64,000 nt of DNA from Pseudomonadota bacterium. GTDB lineage: Bacteria > Pseudomonadota > Alphaproteobacteria > Rhizobiales > Rhizobiaceae. This document shows positions 1 through 9,160 of this stretch, piece by piece. The stretch covers positions 353,939 to 417,938 of the forward strand of contig JBCBMZ010000001.1 of assembly GCA_039822005.1 (NCBI GenBank), read 5' to 3'. Below the pieces are notes generated by a model that was not told where the DNA came from, searched no databases, and was given only the letters and a program-made list of their open reading frames with translations. The position numbers and the translations under genes were made by a program. Numbering within the stretch: the stretch's first letter is position 1; the number at the start of each line of letters is the position of its first letter.

Positions 1-10
1 CGCTTGATAG

Positions 11-26
11 TTAATTGTTCGTTAAC
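11..26 (+). promoter_or_regulatory. Candidate CtrA box (TTAA-N7-TTAAC) upstream of the BTLCP gene
   Basis: The sequence TTAATTGTTCGTTAAC matches the alphaproteobacterial CtrA full-site consensus exactly. It lies 33 nt upstream of the ATG at 59. About 0.5 such sites are expected by chance in 64 kb on both strands. Confidence 0.3.
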
Positions 27-58
27 TGGTTGGTACGGGCATGGTTCGGGAGTGTGTA

Positions 59-658
59 ATGAAGCGGGTATTGGCTCATATAGCGGCAATTGCTGCCGGT
101 ATCATGGTTGCCACGCCGGTTCATCATGTCCAGGCAAGCTCCATGATCACGGGTGGCCTGACGTCGCAACCCATCGGCCACTATGAATTTTGCCAAGTCT
201 ATGCCGGTGAGTGCAGCCAGCTGCCTCGCGGATATGAGCCTCTTGCGTTGACAAGAAACCGCTGGAACACAATCCTAACTGTCAACAGCGCGATTAACAT
301 GATCATCGAGCCCCGTAGTGACCTTGATGTTTACGGTAAGGAAGAAGTCTGGACATTCCCCGATCATGCGGGTGACTGCGAGGACTATGTGCTTCTAAAG
401 CGTCAGATGCTTATTGACGAGGGCATGCCAGCTTCTGCGCTTCTCATTACCGTTGTGCGCAAACCTGATGGCGAGGGCCACGCCGTATTGACCGTGCGCA
501 CCGATCGCGGCGACCTGGTACTCGACAATCTGCGCAATGAAGTCATGATGTGGTCTGACACTGAATATGTTTATTTGAAGCGGCAGTCCGAACGGCATGC
601 GGGCCATTGGGTTGACATTGAAATGCCCGATCCGATCATTGTTGGCACGGTGCGGTAA
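59..658 (+). CDS. Transglutaminase-like cysteine peptidase (BTLCP/LapG family, DUF920), periplasmic
   Basis: Signal-peptide-like N-terminus (MKRVLAHIAAIAAGIMVATPVHHVQA). Cys motif GDCEDYVLLK, followed by EGHAVL and LVLDN (a C-H-D triad arrangement). The start was moved to the internal ATG at 59. Confidence 0.75.
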   Translation: MKRVLAHIAAIAAGIMVATPVHHVQASSMITGGLTSQPIGHYEFCQVYAGECSQLPRGYEPLALTRNRWNTILTVNSAINMIIEPRSDLDVYGKEEVWTFPDHAGDCEDYVLLKRQMLIDEGMPASALLITVVRKPDGEGHAVLTVRTDRGDLVLDNLRNEVMMWSDTEYVYLKRQSERHAGHWVDIEMPDPIIVGTVR

Positions 659-724
659 TTTTTTCACGCTCCATTGCCTTAACCCCATGCTAGAATGACG
701 CATCAGAGCATTTAGGGGGTTGCA

Positions 725-1312
725 ATGGCAGATCTACCACCACCACCGCCGGAACCGATCAAGGAACCTGAGAGCGGATGGTACTTGGCGCCAATCCGTG
801 AGGTGAAACCAAAATGTGAGGGCCAGCTCACAGAGTATATTTATTCGCTTCTCGGTAATGCGAAGCTCGATGGCCCGATTGAAACATATCCGAAAGGGAA
901 AGTACCACCGCCAACCCGCAGTCGGGCACAAATTGAAAGCGAGTTAAGTGACAAGGCGGGGCAGTCAGTCATTTCTCTGAACTATAGCGGCGTGAAATTT
1001 TGCCCCGACGGCTGCGTGACTAAAACGCTAAAAACCGAGACGCTAAAAACCGATTTGCCGGTTTACAGCCATTGGACGGAAGAGTGGCAGGGACAGGACG
1101 CCAACGGGAAACCGGCAAAGATAACCGTTCACTATTTGGCGCGCGGCAAGGCAGACGTTGAGATCACGATCAAAACGCTGTTGTGCTTACCCTCGCTTGG
1201 CGACCCGTTGCCCAAACAATTCTCATTGCCTGCGGCCGATCCGGAAGAAGATTTCCTGATCGACGGGTGGACGTTGCCCGAACATCTCAAGCCAGTGCCG
1301 AAGAAGAAATAG
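725..1312 (+). CDS. Hypothetical protein with a Pro-rich N-terminus
   Basis: 195-aa ORF with a good SD (AGGGGG) 6 nt upstream of the ATG. I recognise no family. Confidence 0.55.
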   Translation: MADLPPPPPEPIKEPESGWYLAPIREVKPKCEGQLTEYIYSLLGNAKLDGPIETYPKGKVPPPTRSRAQIESELSDKAGQSVISLNYSGVKFCPDGCVTKTLKTETLKTDLPVYSHWTEEWQGQDANGKPAKITVHYLARGKADVEITIKTLLCLPSLGDPLPKQFSLPAADPEEDFLIDGWTLPEHLKPVPKKK

Positions 1313-1320
1313 CCCTGTCG

Positions 1321-2304
1321 CTAAGCCTGCCCGATCAACAGGCCCGCCGCCAACACGAGCACGCCACCGAGTACGACTTGGAAGATCGCGCGCGCCCAAG
1401 GTGTTTCCATATAGCGGTTCTGGATCCAGGTGATCGCCCAAAGCTCCACGAAGACCACAATGATCGCGATAATGGTCGCCGTCCAGAAATGTGGGATCAG
1501 ATAAGGCAGCGCGTGCCCCAGCCCGCCGATGGTCGTCATGATTCCGGTGGCAAGACCGCGCTTGATCGGTGAGCCGCGTCCGGAAATCACACCATCATCG
1601 GACGCCACTTCCGTAAAGCCCATGGAGATGCCGGCGCCGACGGACGCGGCGAGACCAACGAGAAACGTGGTCCACGTATCCTGCGTCGCAAACGCCACGG
1701 CAAAGATCGGCGCGAGCGTGGAAACCGACCCGTCCATCAAACCCGCAAGGCCCGGCTGCACATAGGTGAGGATGAACTGGCGGCGCTCGGCCATTTCCTC
1801 ATCATCTTTTACATCGTCCGGCGTGTGCTTGGCTTCCAGATCCTTGGCCGTCGCCTCATGGCCGGCTTCTGCAATCGCCAGCTGGCCCAAAAGTTCGCGC
1901 GTATCGGCATTGGTTACCTGACCGGCAGCGCGCAGGTAAAACCGGTGCGCTTGGCGCTCCATCTCGGCGGCCTGCTCGCGGATTTTTTCCACGCCCTGCG
2001 TTTTCACAAGCCAGTCCGGCTTGCGCTCATAATAGCCGCGCACATGTTCACGCCGGATCAGCGGAATATTATCGCCGAACCGCTCCTTGTGCATGGTGAT
2101 CAGGCGCGAGCGGTGCCCGTCCTCTTCCTTGGCCATCTCATCAAAGATTTTCGCAGAGGCCGGAAACTCCTCACGCAGATTGTCCGCATAAGCCAGATAG
2201 ATGCGCGCATCATCTTCTTCCGAAGAAATGGCGAGCGCCAATATCTCCTGTTCCGACAGGCTGGTGAAATCGCGCCGCCTCGACGGCATCAGCGAAAAGA
2301 CCAT
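1321..2304 (-). CDS. mbfA: Membrane-bound ferritin-like / VIT1-CCC1 iron exporter (erythrin-VIT fusion)
   Basis: The N-terminal ferritin-like/rubrerythrin region has ExxH-type motifs (EEDGHRSR, AEAGHEA). The C-terminal part is a hydrophobic VIT1/CCC1 domain. The architecture matches MbfA of Bradyrhizobium and Agrobacterium. Confidence 0.8.
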   Translation of the reverse strand: MVFSLMPSRRRDFTSLSEQEILALAISSEEDDARIYLAYADNLREEFPASAKIFDEMAKEEDGHRSRLITMHKERFGDNIPLIRREHVRGYYERKPDWLVKTQGVEKIREQAAEMERQAHRFYLRAAGQVTNADTRELLGQLAIAEAGHEATAKDLEAKHTPDDVKDDEEMAERRQFILTYVQPGLAGLMDGSVSTLAPIFAVAFATQDTWTTFLVGLAASVGAGISMGFTEVASDDGVISGRGSPIKRGLATGIMTTIGGLGHALPYLIPHFWTATIIAIIVVFVELWAITWIQNRYMETPWARAIFQVVLGGVLVLAAGLLIGQA

Positions 2305-2448
2305 GGGTTCACTTTCTCAGGTTTCCTGTTTCACATAGCGAACTTGTCCCACCGATCAACCGGCAAATCCTTGATCACGGTCAATGACAATTGGGCGAGC
2401 CGAAACCAATCATGTTGACGCGCCACATTATCGCGCCATGATCGACAA

Positions 2449-3297
2449 ATGACGCAAAAACGCGACACGATCATGGACCGTATCGGTCACTGGATGGCGA
2501 CGCGGCTGGAGGCCGAAACCTCGGGCTACAAACCCTATACGCCCTCGGATCCGCAAACGCTCTACCGCACGCTGCTGCCCGGTGATGTGCTGCTGGTGGA
2601 GGGCAACCGCAAGGTGTCTTCCGCCATCAAATATCTGACCCAAAGCACGTGGAGCCATGCCGCGCTCTATGTGGGCGATGAAATCGATGAGGTGACGAAT
2701 GACGGCCACCGCAATCGTCTCATTGAGGTCAATCTCGGCACCGGTTGCACCGCCGAGCCGCTGGAAAAATATGAGACCTACAACACGCGCATCTGCCGCC
2801 CCAAAGGTCTGACACCGGAAGACCAGCGCAAGGTGATCGACTATGCCAAAAGCCAAATTGGCATCAAATATGACAATAAAAACATTATCGACATGCTGCG
2901 CTATTTTTTCCCGACACCCCCGGTCCCGGTGCGCTGGCGCCGCCGCATGATCCAGTTTGGCTCGGGCGACCCCACCCGCGCGATTTGTTCCACCATGATC
3001 GCCAAAGCCTTCCAGACCGTGCGCTATCCCATATTGCCTGAGATCACCCGCGCGCCGGGCCGCACACGCGCGATTTCCAGCTATTCACGCCGCGAGATTT
3101 TGCACATCCGGCACTTTTCGCTTTTCACCCCGCGCGACTTTGACCTGTCGCCCTATTTCGAGATCGTCAAACCAACGCTCGCTTACGGCTTTGACTATAA
3201 AAAACTGGTCTGGGCAAAGGCGCAAAAAAGCCCGCAAGGCGACGCTGCGCCAGAGCTCTTGCTGCCCGAGGCGGAACCGGTCGGATTAAAAGGGTAG
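2449..3297 (+). CDS. YiiX/C92-family permuted papain-like (lipo-like) protein
   Basis: 282-aa ORF. The N-terminal segment PGDVLLVEGNRKVSSAIKYLTQSTWSHAALYVG is typical of the YiiX family. Confidence 0.6.
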   Translation: MTQKRDTIMDRIGHWMATRLEAETSGYKPYTPSDPQTLYRTLLPGDVLLVEGNRKVSSAIKYLTQSTWSHAALYVGDEIDEVTNDGHRNRLIEVNLGTGCTAEPLEKYETYNTRICRPKGLTPEDQRKVIDYAKSQIGIKYDNKNIIDMLRYFFPTPPVPVRWRRRMIQFGSGDPTRAICSTMIAKAFQTVRYPILPEITRAPGRTRAISSYSRREILHIRHFSLFTPRDFDLSPYFEIVKPTLAYGFDYKKLVWAKAQKSPQGDAAPELLLPEAEPVGLKG

Positions 3298-3393
3298 GGG
3301 TTAGTGCCGCAAAGTTTCCATAATTCAGATTGCGCCTGTAAATTACAGCCGCATACTGTTGACGAGGGCCTGCTGCGTCTCTAAGATTGTGCT

Positions 3394-3960
3394 ATGAACA
3401 AAGTAAAATCGCTTCTTTTGGCTCAGGAAAACAAGGTGTCGGACCTCGAAAGAGAGTTGGCTAGCGAGCGTAGTCGTTTGGAGGGGATGCGCTTGGTCGC
3501 TCAAGAGTTCGACGACGTCTCGGAAATTGCTACAGATAATAGTGAGGCCGCGCCCAAGCGGAGAATGAGGCTTGGGTCGAAAAAGCGTGTTGTCTACAGT
3601 TTGGTTGATGGCGGGAACGAAACAGTAGAGTCTTTGTGTGAACGATTGTCTTCGTCAGATATTGATCCGCGATATGTGAGAGATGTTGTGAGGGTTGCGA
3701 TTAATGAAGGTGATATGTTGGGCAATCTAGACGACAGATTCATCATGTCTGATTTTGGTAAAGAGCTTTTGGAGAGCGCTCCATTACCGAGAGATTGGCA
3801 GAATTATAGCCATCTTGTTGATGGTCAGCACCAAATGTCGAAAAATAAAGCCTCTTCTACAGAAGTAGAAGAGGCTTTGAGAGTCACCGAAGATGCTCCA
3901 ACATCTTCAGAAGAGAACTCGGCTGTAAGACCACCTTGGTGGGTTGACAGCTCGAGTTGA
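3394..3960 (+). CDS. Hypothetical protein (coiled-coil N-terminus, acidic C-terminus) in a lower-GC islet
   Basis: 188-aa ORF in a stretch that is visibly more AT-rich than its flanks. There is no clear SD and I recognise no family. Confidence 0.5.
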   Translation: MNKVKSLLLAQENKVSDLERELASERSRLEGMRLVAQEFDDVSEIATDNSEAAPKRRMRLGSKKRVVYSLVDGGNETVESLCERLSSSDIDPRYVRDVVRVAINEGDMLGNLDDRFIMSDFGKELLESAPLPRDWQNYSHLVDGQHQMSKNKASSTEVEEALRVTEDAPTSSEENSAVRPPWWVDSSS

Positions 3961-4256
3961 ATTCCGCGCAAAACGGACCCAACGGCGGAGAGGGTCTCTC
4001 CGTCAGTCTAGGAGCACTAATGCCCATAGACACCTCACAGTTATAGTTTGCAGATATCCAAACTATAACAGTCAGCCCCACTGGGGGTATGATCAAGCTG
4101 GAGACGTCCAGCTTGGTCGCCACTTTTGCGTTTATTATAATTGGCAGAATCTGTCACGAAAAATATATATTTTGAGTGTTCGTACAGCTTCTCACACCCC
4201 ACCCTGCGCCAAAATCTCCGCTTTCGGTTGCCGCAATTCCCGCCTATATGCGGAAC

Positions 4257-6065
4257 ATGTCTGAAACACCACTTTCCAACATCCGCAATTTTTCCATCGT
4301 CGCGCATATCGACCATGGCAAATCCACGCTCGCCGACCGGCTGATCCAGATGACAGGCTCTTTGGAAGAGCGCGAGATGAAGGATCAGGTGCTTGACGCG
4401 ATGGACATTGAGCGCGAGCGCGGCATCACCATCAAGGCCAACACGGTGCGCCTGGAATATGACGCGCAAGACGGCCAGCACTATGTGCTGAACCTGATCG
4501 ACACGCCCGGCCATGTGGATTTCGCCTACGAGGTTTCCCGCTCGCTCGCCGCCTGTGAAGGTTCGCTTCTGGTGGTCGATGCGTCGCAAGGCGTGGAGGC
4601 GCAAACGCTCGCTAACGTCTATCAGGCGATCGACAATGACCATGAGATCGTGCCCGTCCTCAACAAGGTGGATTTGCCCGCCGCCGACATTGAGCGCGTC
4701 TCGGAGCAGATCGAGGAAGTGATCGGCATCGATGCGTCCGAGGCGGTGCAGATTTCCGCCAAAACCGGACTTGGCGTCAAGAACGTTCTGGAAGCCATCG
4801 TGGAGCGCCTGCCCGCCCCCGCCGGAGGCGACCGCACTGCGCCGCTGAAAGCACTGCTGGTTGACAGCTGGTATGATGCCTATCTCGGCGTCGTCGTCTT
4901 GGTGCGCATCATCGATGGCACCATGAAGCGCGGCCAGACCATCCGCATGATGGGCACGGGCGCCAAATATCCGGTCGACCGTGTCGGCGTGCTCACGCCC
5001 AAGCTTGTGGTCGTGCCGGAACTCGGCCCCGGCGAACTCGGCGTCTTTACGGCGTCGATCAAGGAGGTGGCCGACACCCGCGTCGGTGACACGATCACCG
5101 AGGACAAAAAGCCGACCGCCGACATGCTGCCGGGCTTCAAGCCGGCCCAACCGGTGGTCTTCTGTGGCCTGTTCCCGGTCGATGCCGATGATTTTGAGGA
5201 TCTGCGCGCGGCCATGGGCAAATTGCGCCTCAATGATGCGAGCTTCTCGTTTGAGATGGAAACATCCGCTGCGCTCGGCTTCGGCTTCCGCTGCGGGTTC
5301 TTGGGGCTATTGCATCTGGAGATCGTGCAGGAACGCCTGAGCCGCGAGTTCAATCTGGAGCTCATCGCCACCGCGCCGTCCGTGGTCTACAAGATGAACC
5401 TGACCGACGGCACGTCGATTGACATGCATAATCCGGCAGACATGCCAGACATTGTGAAAATCCGCGACATTGAAGAGCCGTGGATCAAAGCCTCCATCAT
5501 GACGCCGGATGATTATCTGGGCGCGATATTGCAGCTGTGCCAAGAGCGCCGCGGCATCCAGACCGGGCTTTCCTATGTCGGCACCCGCGCGCTGGTGGAA
5601 TATGAACTGCCGCTCAACGAGGTGGTGTTTGATTTTTACGACCGGCTAAAGAGCATCTCCAAGGGCTATGCGTCCTTTGACTATACGATTGCCGATTACC
5701 GCGAGGGTGATCTGGTGAAGATGTCGATCCTGGTCAATGACGAACCGGTCGATGCGCTCTCCATTTTGGTGCACCGCTCAGCGTCGGAAAAGCGCGGGCG
5801 GCAAATGTGCGAGAAGCTGAAAGATCTGATCCCGCGCCACATGTTCAAAATCCCGATCCAGGCCGCGATCGGGGGAAAAGTCATTGCGCGCGAAACCATC
5901 TCGGCGATGCGCAAGGATGTGACGGCCAAATGCTATGGCGGCGATGCCACGCGTAAACGCAAGCTCCTCGACAAGCAAAAAGAGGGCAAAAAGAAAATGC
6001 GCCAATTCGGCCGCGTGGAAATCCCGCAGGAAGCGTTTATTCAAGTGCTGAAGGTGGATTCCTAG
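4257..6065 (+). CDS. lepA: Translation elongation factor 4 (LepA)
   Basis: [23 protein letters not shown]1 motif, [13 protein letters not shown], and a conserved LepA C-terminal domain. The start was set to the ATG at 4257 ([12 protein letters not shown]). Confidence 0.97.
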   Translation: MSETPLSNIRNFSIVAHIDHGKSTLADRLIQMTGSLEEREMKDQVLDAMDIERERGITIKANTVRLEYDAQDGQHYVLNLIDTPGHVDFAYEVSRSLAACEGSLLVVDASQGVEAQTLANVYQAIDNDHEIVPVLNKVDLPAADIERVSEQIEEVIGIDASEAVQISAKTGLGVKNVLEAIVERLPAPAGGDRTAPLKALLVDSWYDAYLGVVVLVRIIDGTMKRGQTIRMMGTGAKYPVDRVGVLTPKLVVVPELGPGELGVFTASIKEVADTRVGDTITEDKKPTADMLPGFKPAQPVVFCGLFPVDADDFEDLRAAMGKLRLNDASFSFEMETSAALGFGFRCGFLGLLHLEIVQERLSREFNLELIATAPSVVYKMNLTDGTSIDMHNPADMPDIVKIRDIEEPWIKASIMTPDDYLGAILQLCQERRGIQTGLSYVGTRALVEYELPLNEVVFDFYDRLKSISKGYASFDYTIADYREGDLVKMSILVNDEPVDALSILVHRSASEKRGRQMCEKLKDLIPRHMFKIPIQAAIGGKVIARETISAMRKDVTAKCYGGDATRKRKLLDKQKEGKKKMRQFGRVEIPQEAFIQVLKVDS

Positions 6066-8122
6066 TCTTTTTCTTCGGGTTTCGGTGGCGGCGTGTAATT
6101 GTCAGGATCGGCTTTCCACTTGTTCCACTGATCTGGAAATGTCAGGTCGTCCTGACGTTCAACGGAGAATGCAGGCATCGCCCAATCCGGCCAATGCGCG
6201 GGCCTTGTGATGTCATCCGGCAACCGCGTATCCTCATCACCGAAGGCTGCACTGACTTGGGTCTGTGTCAGTGAAACCATACTTAAATCACACTTCACGG
6301 CAGCAGAATAGAATTCTGCTGCCGTGAATGTGGTTTCATCGTCGAGCCGCACTAGTCTGAAGTTTGCCCCCTGCGCATCCGCAAATCTGAAGTCCGCCCC
6401 CTGCGCCTGCGCAAAGCTGAAGTTCGCCCCCTGCGCGTGCGCAAAGCTGAAGTTCGCCCCCTGCGCCTGCGCTTCGCTGAAGTCCGCCCCCTGCGCCTTC
6501 GCAAATCTGAAGTTCGCCCCCTGCGCGTCCGTTCGGAAGAAGTCTGCCCCCTGCGCCTGCGCTTTGTAGAAGTTCGCCCCTTGCGCGTCGGCGCGGAAGA
6601 AGTCCGCCCCCTGCGCGTCCGCAGATCTGAAGTCCGCCCCCTGCGCCTTGTAGAAGTTCGCCCCTTGCGCCTGCGCTTTGTAGAAGCTCGCCCCCTGCGC
6701 CTGCGCTTCGCTGAAGTCCGCCCCCTGCAAATCTGCGCTCTCAAAGCGCGCGAGTGAAAAGTCTGCCGCTTGCGCAGCACCACTCATGTCCGCCTTGACC
6801 AGATTGGTCTCTCGCAGATCCAGTCGGAATTTGGGCTTGAGTTCGTCCCACGCGTCGCGGGCTTCCTCGTGCTTTTTGACGCCGTCCAGATAGTCATGGC
6901 TGGCGTTGCCATCTTCCTTGGTGCACCATTCAGGCCAATTCGGCATTTTTTCTTCAAACGGCCGCCACTCGCCCCATTCCTTTTCTTTCTGCGCTCGGCT
7001 GCGCCGCCCGATAACCGTGAGCGCCGTTTGCACATCCGCGCGGGGCTTGATGCCCTCCAAGGCCTTTCGGTGTTCTGTTTTCCATGTCCCGATCGCCTCC
7101 TCGAAGTCGTTGCCCTCTTCATTTTCGCCCTCAAACCATTCCGGCGGTTTTGGCAGTTCGGGTGCTTCACTTGCGGGCGCATTCTCGCGAATGTAGGCGC
7201 ACAGGATTTCCATGATCTGGATATGGTCGCGTAAACTGTCCTGCGCGATTCGTTCGAGTGCGTATATGGCGCCGATTCGCACTTCGAGGTTGGAAACCGT
7301 TTGTGAAAACACTTGCCAGTCGCCCGTCTCGGCTATTGCTTCATCTCCTACAAGTTCAGGCTTCTTTCCCTGCCATTCAATTTGGGTTCGAGAATTCTTC
7401 CAGCTACGGACCTCATATTCTTTAACCGGGATCATCTCTCTGTTTTCTTCGTCGAAGTGTTCACCGTAAGGGTCAACGCTCTCCACTATTGAGTATTCAA
7501 GCGGCGGTTCAAATTCTTTGTTCCGTGGGATCATGTGATGAACTGTTCCTAAGGAACCTGAATAGATTGTGATCGACCTCCCGATTGTCTGTTCGGTTTT
7601 TTCCGCTCCCATTCCCTCAACGGCCTTGTTAATGCGGTCGGTGAGCAAGCCTTCTTCCTGCGCCTTGGTCTGGCGTTCGACGGTTTGCACACGCACCAGG
7701 GCAAGGGGGGCCGCCACAAGGCCACCCAGAAGCGCGACGGTTCCTGCCACAGCGAGATAATAGGCGCGCGGATCGGCGTCATCGCCGCTCGGCGGGTTGA
7801 GGCCAAGTTGCGCGAAGTTGCGAATGATCAACCCGATAAAGAAAAGCCAGAATGGTGCCGCTATCAAAGCCAGCCATTTGATGGCGTGAATGCCGCTGTT
7901 TTCCTCATACATCCACTGAAGGAAACGGGTCAGCCACGACTTTTTGGCGCTGCTCTCTTCCTTCCATTGTTCGAGAACGCACGGTATGGCGTTGTTAAAG
8001 ACAAAAACGGTCACAAACACCAACAACCCGAAGAAAAACCACGCCCCAAAAAACCAGAACGTCGACATCTCAATCGGTATCTCGATTGAAAAGCGCGTGC
8101 CTTTTTCTGTTTCGGTGAACAT
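6062..8122 (-). CDS. Membrane-anchored pentapeptide-repeat protein
   Basis: Three or four N-terminal hydrophobic helices, a long acidic middle region, then about 26 pentapeptide units (A[DQ]AQGA[DN]F[FSYR]x). Its stop overlaps the lepA stop by 4 nt (convergent genes). Confidence 0.8.
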   Translation of the reverse strand: MFTETEKGTRFSIEIPIEMSTFWFFGAWFFFGLLVFVTVFVFNNAIPCVLEQWKEESSAKKSWLTRFLQWMYEENSGIHAIKWLALIAAPFWLFFIGLIIRNFAQLGLNPPSGDDADPRAYYLAVAGTVALLGGLVAAPLALVRVQTVERQTKAQEEGLLTDRINKAVEGMGAEKTEQTIGRSITIYSGSLGTVHHMIPRNKEFEPPLEYSIVESVDPYGEHFDEENREMIPVKEYEVRSWKNSRTQIEWQGKKPELVGDEAIAETGDWQVFSQTVSNLEVRIGAIYALERIAQDSLRDHIQIMEILCAYIRENAPASEAPELPKPPEWFEGENEEGNDFEEAIGTWKTEHRKALEGIKPRADVQTALTVIGRRSRAQKEKEWGEWRPFEEKMPNWPEWCTKEDGNASHDYLDGVKKHEEARDAWDELKPKFRLDLRETNLVKADMSGAAQAADFSLARFESADLQGADFSEAQAQGASFYKAQAQGANFYKAQGADFRSADAQGADFFRADAQGANFYKAQAQGADFFRTDAQGANFRFAKAQGADFSEAQAQGANFSFAHAQGANFSFAQAQGADFRFADAQGANFRLVRLDDETTFTAAEFYSAAVKCDLSMVSLTQTQVSAAFGDEDTRLPDDITRPAHWPDWAMPAFSVERQDDLTFPDQWNKWKADPDNYTPPPKPEEKD
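6357..6740. repeat. Tandem 30-bp coding repeat, about 13 copies (one truncated to 21 bp)
   Basis: The unit CTGAAGTYCGCCCCCTGCGCNTGCGCAAAG is repeated head to tail with high DNA identity. It encodes the pentapeptide-repeat block on the minus strand. Confidence 0.9.
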
Positions 8123-8492
8123 GCCCCTTCCCCGTTTTCAGCAATAATGCGGGGATTTTCCATTTGATGGAAGAGTGTGTTTGGCGGGTTTCACGGAATG
8201 GGCCCTCGCTTCAAGGGCACGGATGACGGCGGTGGGTAAATCGTCAAAATCATCGCACGAAGCAGGGGTTAAAAGTGTTGGGCCTCCAATCCTTGACGTT
8301 GCCAATAGCTGATCAGGTATTCGCCCCTCGCGTTGGTTTTTCCGTACCGCCCCCTGCACCGCTTATGGCGTGGTACAAGACATCCCAAAAGTGCCCGATG
8401 AAATCTTCATAACGCCAAAATTTCGTCTCTATCCTATGAAATGAACGCCGTTCAAAAGTTGTTGTGGCCAATGGCGAGAGGGAGTGGTCCGC

Positions 8493-9140
8493 ATGCCGAC
8501 CTATGTCAGAACGATGTTTGCGATTGCGCTCGTCGCATTTGTATCCGCTTGCGGTTACGGACCTGAGACGGTGGCGGTGAAGGTGGAAAACGCGCGCGCC
8601 AAAAAAGGCACCCACATATTTGCGGTGGCAACGGACTTCAAGATCGTCAGCCAACCAACGGGCGCGATCAACACATTTCCCAATGGCGGCGTCCCGCGTG
8701 TCTCGGCACATGAGGCGCGGATTTACGTCGTCAATCTGGACAAACAAACTATGCGGCTGGCCGCGCAAATTACCGATTGGGGTGAAATTCCGAGGCCCAA
8801 GCAAGTTTGGGTCGAGGGCTGGGTGGGCAATACGCTTTACTTCACCCTTTATGGATATGGCGGTGACAGCCGCTCGGGCGATGATCTCCATGATCCCCGC
8901 GAGCTCGTGTTTCGCGTCACACCATGGGGTTTTGTTGAGCAGGTGGAGGCTTATCCTGAAGGACTGCAGGCACAGAAGAATTCCGGGAAAGCCGGTGATG
9001 CGCCATTTCTGCGGTTGAGTAAGGGCCACACGGACGTCAATGCGGGCATCAATGGCAGCCCTGGTAAGGCGTCGCGGACAGCCAGGTTCTCGCTTGAGCC
9101 GAGTACCGGAGAGGCGCAGCTGACATTTATAAACAACTGA
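8493..9140 (+). CDS. Hypothetical lipoprotein
   Basis: Lipobox LVAFVSAC near the N-terminus. SD GGGAG lies 8 nt upstream of the ATG at 8493. I prefer it to the overlapping 283-aa minus-strand ORF. Confidence 0.6.
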   Translation: MPTYVRTMFAIALVAFVSACGYGPETVAVKVENARAKKGTHIFAVATDFKIVSQPTGAINTFPNGGVPRVSAHEARIYVVNLDKQTMRLAAQITDWGEIPRPKQVWVEGWVGNTLYFTLYGYGGDSRSGDDLHDPRELVFRVTPWGFVEQVEAYPEGLQAQKNSGKAGDAPFLRLSKGHTDVNAGINGSPGKASRTARFSLEPSTGEAQLTFINN

Positions 9141-9160
9141 TGTGTAAACCGCCCAGTTTC

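Noticed and set aside
2305-2448. Irr/ICE box or RirA IRO motif upstream of mbfA.
   Set aside because: I looked for TTTAGAA-N3-TTCTAAA-like and TGA-N9-TCA elements. Only a TGA-N6-TCA fragment is present, which is not convincing.
4041-5150. 369-aa minus-strand ORF.
   Set aside because: It is fully antisense to the unmistakable lepA gene. Its composition is a high-GC antisense artefact.
6324-6783. Possible CRISPR-like array or separate Arg-rich/Cys-rich repeat proteins (track ORFs 6324..6569, 6352..6783, 6437..6757).
   Set aside because: The 30-bp units are contiguous with no unique spacers. They are in frame within the 686-aa pentapeptide-repeat ORF. The other ORFs are alternative-frame artefacts of the same repeat.
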